Assembly: GCA_963664115.2 (NCBI GenBank) | Contig: CAXWPJ010000009.1 | Coordinates: forward strand, 96,001 to 160,000 | Source of the DNA: Terriglobia bacterium | GTDB lineage: Bacteria; Acidobacteriota; Terriglobia; 20CM-2-55-15 | DNA length: 64,000 bases | Reading direction: 5' to 3' | Part shown: in pieces, positions 59,932 through 64,000 of the stretch | Position numbering within the stretch: the first letter of the stretch is position 1 | Layout of the letters: each line of letters opens with the position of its first letter | Program-made: the position numbers and the translations under genes | Notes under the pieces: generated by a model | The model's database searches: none | What the model was told of the DNA's origin: nothing | The model's input: only the letters and a program-made list of their open reading frames with translations

Positions 59932-60939
59932 TTATCGCAAGCTGCGGTAGGCAGCCACCGCACGATTGTGTTCGGTAAGCGTGCGGGAGAAGGCATGGCG
60001 ACCGCCTTCGGTCCGGACAAAGAAAACGTAGTCCGTCTCCGCTGGCTGGACTGCGGCCAGCATGGCGAGGTACCCCGGGTTGGCGATGGGCCCGGGAGGC
60101 AGGTCTCCATAGAGGTAAGTGTTGTAGGGTGAATCGTAGCTGAGGTCTTCCCTCAACAGCCGCCCCCGATAGTTCCCGTCCTGGATCATCGCATAGACTA
60201 CCGTCGGATCGCATTCCAGCCGCATTCTCCGTTCCAGACGGTTAAGAAAGACCGACGAAACCAGCACCCGTTCCTCCGCAACTGCCGCTTCGCTTTCGAT
60301 CAGGGAAGCCAGAATCAACATCCGGTTCAGATCCAAAGGCCACAACTCCGGGTCCACTGCCTCTTGAAGCCTCACGAGGGCGTCACGAAGCCCGCGGGTC
60401 ATAGCGTCGACAGCGTCTTGCGCCGTGACAGCCCTGGGAAATGAATAGGTTTCGGGAAAGAGATAACCTTCCACCGAGACGGCCTCGGGGTCAATCTCTC
60501 GAACCCGGGGCAAGGCCGCTTGGGCTGCCTCAAGAAAGCCCGTGCGGTCACCAAACCCGGACTCTTCCCAGAGGTCGGCGATCTGATCGAGCCTCAGGCC
60601 TTCCGGCACGGTGAATGTGTACAGCCGAACCTCACCCCGGGCCAATTTTTCGAAGACGTCTGGCGCCCGAAGCGGTGCGTCGAACAGGTATTCACCCGCC
60701 TGAAGCCGGCCCCGGGATTCACTGATGTAGAGATAGCCGAGAGAAGGATAGCGATACTGGAGGACACCCTGCGTGATCAGGAGGTCTACAATCTCGATCG
60801 AACCGAGACCGGGCGGAATATCGACGATGGTTTCACCCGAGTAACCCTGATAAGGCTCATGCACCTCATACCAGGCGTAAGTGCCTGCGCCCGACGCAAG
60901 AACAAGCAGTGGAAGCGCCGCCAAGGCCAACTTTTTCAC
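59932..60939 (-). CDS. mltG: Endolytic transglycosylase MltG
   Basis: LQAGEY, VPEG, EGYLFPETY, LASLIESE, SPYNTY and LPPGPIANPG; GTG start overlaps the ruvX stop. Confidence 0.95.
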   Translation of the reverse strand: MKKLALAALPLLVLASGAGTYAWYEVHEPYQGYSGETIVDIPPGLGSIEIVDLLITQGVLQYRYPSLGYLYISESRGRLQAGEYLFDAPLRAPDVFEKLARGEVRLYTFTVPEGLRLDQIADLWEESGFGDRTGFLEAAQAALPRVREIDPEAVSVEGYLFPETYSFPRAVTAQDAVDAMTRGLRDALVRLQEAVDPELWPLDLNRMLILASLIESEAAVAEERVLVSSVFLNRLERRMRLECDPTVVYAMIQDGNYRGRLLREDLSYDSPYNTYLYGDLPPGPIANPGYLAMLAAVQPAETDYVFFVRTEGGRHAFSRTLTEHNRAVAAYRSLR

Positions 60940-61352
60940 GCGCGCTGCCTCAAGTAGTCTTCCAGTATCAAGGTCGCAGCCAGTTCGTCCACATGGTTCC
61001 GGCGCTTCCGCCAACCCATACCCATTTCTTCCAGCCGTTCTTCGGCATCGAAGCTCGTCAGGCGTTCATCCCACAAAACCACCGGCACGGGCAAAACGGT
61101 CTTGAGCTGCTCGGCAAACGCTTCTGTCTTATCGGTCTGGCGCGTGCGTGTTCCATCCATATGCCGTGGATGCCCGACGACGACCTCGACGACGCCATCC
61201 TCTTCGACCAAAGCTCGGATGTACTCCACATCCGCAGACGGACTCTTGCGTCCTCGGGTCGGGCGGCCCTGGACCGTCATGCCGAGGGCGTCGGTGACCG
61301 CGATTCCAATTCGCTTATCACCGACATCCAAAGCCATTGTTCTCAAGGGCAT
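60936..61352 (-). CDS. ruvX: Holliday junction resolvase-like RuvX/YqgF
   Basis: ALDVGDKRIGIAVTD, WDERLTS and VDELAATLILEDYL. Confidence 0.95.
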   Translation of the reverse strand: MPLRTMALDVGDKRIGIAVTDALGMTVQGRPTRGRKSPSADVEYIRALVEEDGVVEVVVGHPRHMDGTRTRQTDKTEAFAEQLKTVLPVPVVLWDERLTSFDAEERLEEMGMGWRKRRNHVDELAATLILEDYLRQRA

Positions 61353-61468
61353 GTCGGAACTCACGCACCTATAATACCTCACCTCAACGGCAGGGACACG
61401 GCATCCCTAGTGCCTCGAGTTGGCCAGTGTTCCTGATTTGTGAACGATCCTTCACTTGTTATACTAGT

Positions 61469-63315
61469 CCCAAAACAAGCGCATAACCAGTCCGCCGAGG
61501 CCCAGTTCGCGCCGATAGAATTCGAGGCATAGAATCCCGTTCCCGGATGGCCTGTTCCAGGTATCGAGTTTCTGTTGAATCTGTTTCAGTTCAGCCTCGC
61601 TGGTGTTGGACGGTTGACAGAAACCGGGACCTCGATCGCCCGGGCTCAGAGTCATGATCGGGTCAACATCGCAGAGGCTGACGCAACACATCCACCCCGC
61701 GGAACAAGACCGGCAACCACCGGTTCCAGGCCAGGATCCGGAACAGAATGCGCCGCCCGGTGCGCACGAGTTGGCACGGCACAAGCATGAAAGCGTTCAA
61801 GAAGGTTTTGAACTTCATGCGCAGCACGGTTTGCTTCTCAGCCTGATATTTTTGGCCCCAACGTCCGGTTTCGGGAAGCAGCAATGCAAACCACGCTTTC
61901 AGTGTCCAGGCCAGTGACGCGATCACCATGTAGGCCCAGTTGCTGGTCTGATCTCCGACCGGCATCCGCAACGCCTGAACGCCGTTCTTCAACTGCTCAA
62001 TGAGATTCTCCTGATTGCACCGTTGATTGGCACGCATCACAATCTGGTCGGCCGGATCCGAACGGTTGGTAATGTAGAAGAAGTACCGGATGTCGTCAAA
62101 CAACACCTGCTCTCCTTTGGCCACCGACAGATTCTTCCGCACCACGACGACACGGTAGTCCCGATCGCAGGCTCCGGGTCGATACCGAAACTCGGCCACA
62201 TCCTCACCCTGCAAGCGGATATTGTCGAAACCGCGCTGCCGAACGATCTCTTCCTTCACGTTGTCGGGACGTTGGCGCGGTTCGGTCGCCACGTCGTATT
62301 TCGCGGGCCGTTCCAGGCGCTTCCACTGGCGCGGCTCCAGTTCATCGGCCCGGGCCTTCAGGTTCGCCATCGCGTCAATCCCGAATATGAAACCCACCTG
62401 CTGGTCGTCCCATCCGTCCAGATGCCGGGTCTGGCTGAAGTCCGTGTCCCCGCGCAGCAGGATCTGGCGAAACCCCGCATGCCGGCACAATGCGATGGCT
62501 TGGTCGAACCGGACCGCGGCTCCTTCATGCGACGGCCGGTTGCCGCTACGATTGACCAGATACAGCGGTTCGGCGGTGTTGGCCAGCGAGATCATCAGCG
62601 GGTGATATCCCCACGTCCCGTCGTAGGCCACGTCCATCCCTTGCTTGCATTCCCCCGTGGTTTCGGCCAGTGTCCCGTCCGCGTCCAACACCGCTTCTTC
62701 GAAAAACGCCGCCGGTTGCTGTCGCCAGACTCCGAGCCGGACTTGATTGGTTGCCTCCATCAGACACTCCACGTCGTCGGCCTCGAATCTCCGGCAGAAG
62801 TCTCCCGCCGTCGTCGGATCCGGAATCCGTTGCGCTCCCAGCGCATCCAGATACACCGCATCGTTGCGCCGCAGTTCGATGTCTTCCAGGCACGTTCCTC
62901 CGCTCAAGGCGTTGTAGGCGATGTTCAGCACGTGATCCGACTCGTGATACGGCAGGTGCCGCTTCAACACATGCACGCCCTTGTCGATGGCTTCGATCAG
63001 CCCGGTCCGCCGCGCCACCAGTTGCATCGTCCCGATACCACCAACCGATGTGCCCCGCGTCCGCTCTCCCATCTCGTACTGAATGTTGCTCGCCGAAAAC
63101 ATCGGCTCTACCTGATCCGTCCAATGCCGGTCCCCAAGCCGACGTTCGATTCGCCGCTTGCGGTTCCTCATGTTCTTGCGCGTATAATCGTTCATCTGAA
63201 ATGCCTCCTTTTCCGAAGAATCTGTTCAAGGTTTTTTTCGCACGGAGACGGGGCATTTCGGGTACTTCCGCTCTTATTGCACTATCATTTCCTCGTCAAT
63301 CACGCTTGTTCAGGG
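61469..63315 (-). mobile_element. Complete IS1380-family insertion sequence
   Basis: Terminal IRs CCCaaAACAAGCG / CCCtgAACAAGCG, each flanked by ACTAGT. Confidence 0.85.
61663..63195 (-). CDS. IS1380 family transposase
   Basis: IPDPTTAGDFCRRF, LDADGT, GYHPL, LRGDTDF and RCNQENLIEQLK. Confidence 0.92.
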   Translation of the reverse strand: MNDYTRKNMRNRKRRIERRLGDRHWTDQVEPMFSASNIQYEMGERTRGTSVGGIGTMQLVARRTGLIEAIDKGVHVLKRHLPYHESDHVLNIAYNALSGGTCLEDIELRRNDAVYLDALGAQRIPDPTTAGDFCRRFEADDVECLMEATNQVRLGVWRQQPAAFFEEAVLDADGTLAETTGECKQGMDVAYDGTWGYHPLMISLANTAEPLYLVNRSGNRPSHEGAAVRFDQAIALCRHAGFRQILLRGDTDFSQTRHLDGWDDQQVGFIFGIDAMANLKARADELEPRQWKRLERPAKYDVATEPRQRPDNVKEEIVRQRGFDNIRLQGEDVAEFRYRPGACDRDYRVVVVRKNLSVAKGEQVLFDDIRYFFYITNRSDPADQIVMRANQRCNQENLIEQLKNGVQALRMPVGDQTSNWAYMVIASLAWTLKAWFALLLPETGRWGQKYQAEKQTVLRMKFKTFLNAFMLVPCQLVRTGRRILFRILAWNRWLPVLFRGVDVLRQPLRC

Positions 63316-63316
63316 A

Positions 63317-64000
63317 CTAGTGGCCTGTAACCATTGAATCGGGAGTAATTCTTCGAGTGGGATCAAAGTACTTCCACTTCACGGGTTTGGGCTTCTTGTT
63401 GTACTGACGGATGTAGCGCATGAGTTTTCGTTTGAGGTCGGCTACGGAAGTAAATACACCGCGGGCGATCACATCGCGTTCGATCTTGGCAAACCACAGT
63501 TCGACTTGATTCAGCCAGGAAGAATACGTTGGGGTGAAGTGCAGATGAACGTTGGTGTTCGCGGCCAAGAATGCATCAACGCTCTTGGTCTTGTGGGCCG
63601 AGAGGTTATCGGCAATCACGTGAATCTCTTTCCCTTTGGATTGGTTCGCCACGATGTCGGTGAGAAAGGCGACGAACTCTGCCGAGGTGTGACGTTGAGC
63701 GGTTTTGCCCAACACCTCTCCGGTTCGGGTATTGAAGGCTGCGTAGAGCGACAGCGTCCCATGACGAAAGTACTCAAAGCCGTGCCGTTCGGCACGCCCC
63801 GGCGACAACGGGAGGACCGGATCCTTGCGGTCCAGCGCTTGGATCGCAGTCTTTTCATCCACGCTGAATACCGCAGCATGCTGCGGCGGATTCAAATACA
63901 GCCCGATCACATCCGCGGCCTTGGCCTCGAAGTCCGGATCGTTCGACATCAGATAGCCTTCGAGTCGGTGCGGCTTGATGCCGTGCTTGGCCCAGATGCG
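63317..64000 (-). mobile_element. IS630-family transposase, 5' end beyond the window; its stop codon lies in the terminal CTAG
   Basis: DEKT, YFRHGT, DNLSAHK and SWLNQVE; ends VTGH-stop. Confidence 0.92.

Noticed and set aside
62023-63330. 435-aa + strand ORF within IS1380
   Set aside because: Antisense shadow of the transposase with no motifs

Overview
A GC-rich bacterial chromosome segment, probably from an Acidobacteriota genome (inferred from the Oar-type TonB receptor, NHL/Vgb beta-propeller proteins, M16 peptidase pair and mfd-surA and ruvX-mltG blocks). Housekeeping genes (mfd, surA-like PPIase, S4/Hsp15, rfaE2, folK, rfbC, mltG, ruvX) alternate with accessory loci. Two operons stand out as candidate undescribed extracytoplasmic signalling systems. 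The first (117-5057) encodes an exported atypical kinase-fold protein, an exported Shewanella-like phosphatase and an ATP/ADP-translocase-like HEAT-repeat transporter. The second (23583-38930) encodes an exported caspase-TPR protease, a TonB-dependent receptor with one frameshift, a FecR/DUF928-like protein, a CHASE2 nucleotide cyclase and a giant NHL surface protein. The window also holds a madLM plus malonyl-CoA synthetase cassette, three tandem orphan BtuF/FecB-like binding proteins, a frameshifted PepSY-TM gene flanked by a duplicated 72-bp leader and a candidate structured RNA, a hipA/HTH module, an fpvJKCDEF-like metal uptake operon, REP/MITE-like palindromes, and IS630 and IS1380 elements inserted at CTAG sites. 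No rRNA, tRNA or CRISPR array was seen. All family calls come from motif recognition by eye, not database searches.
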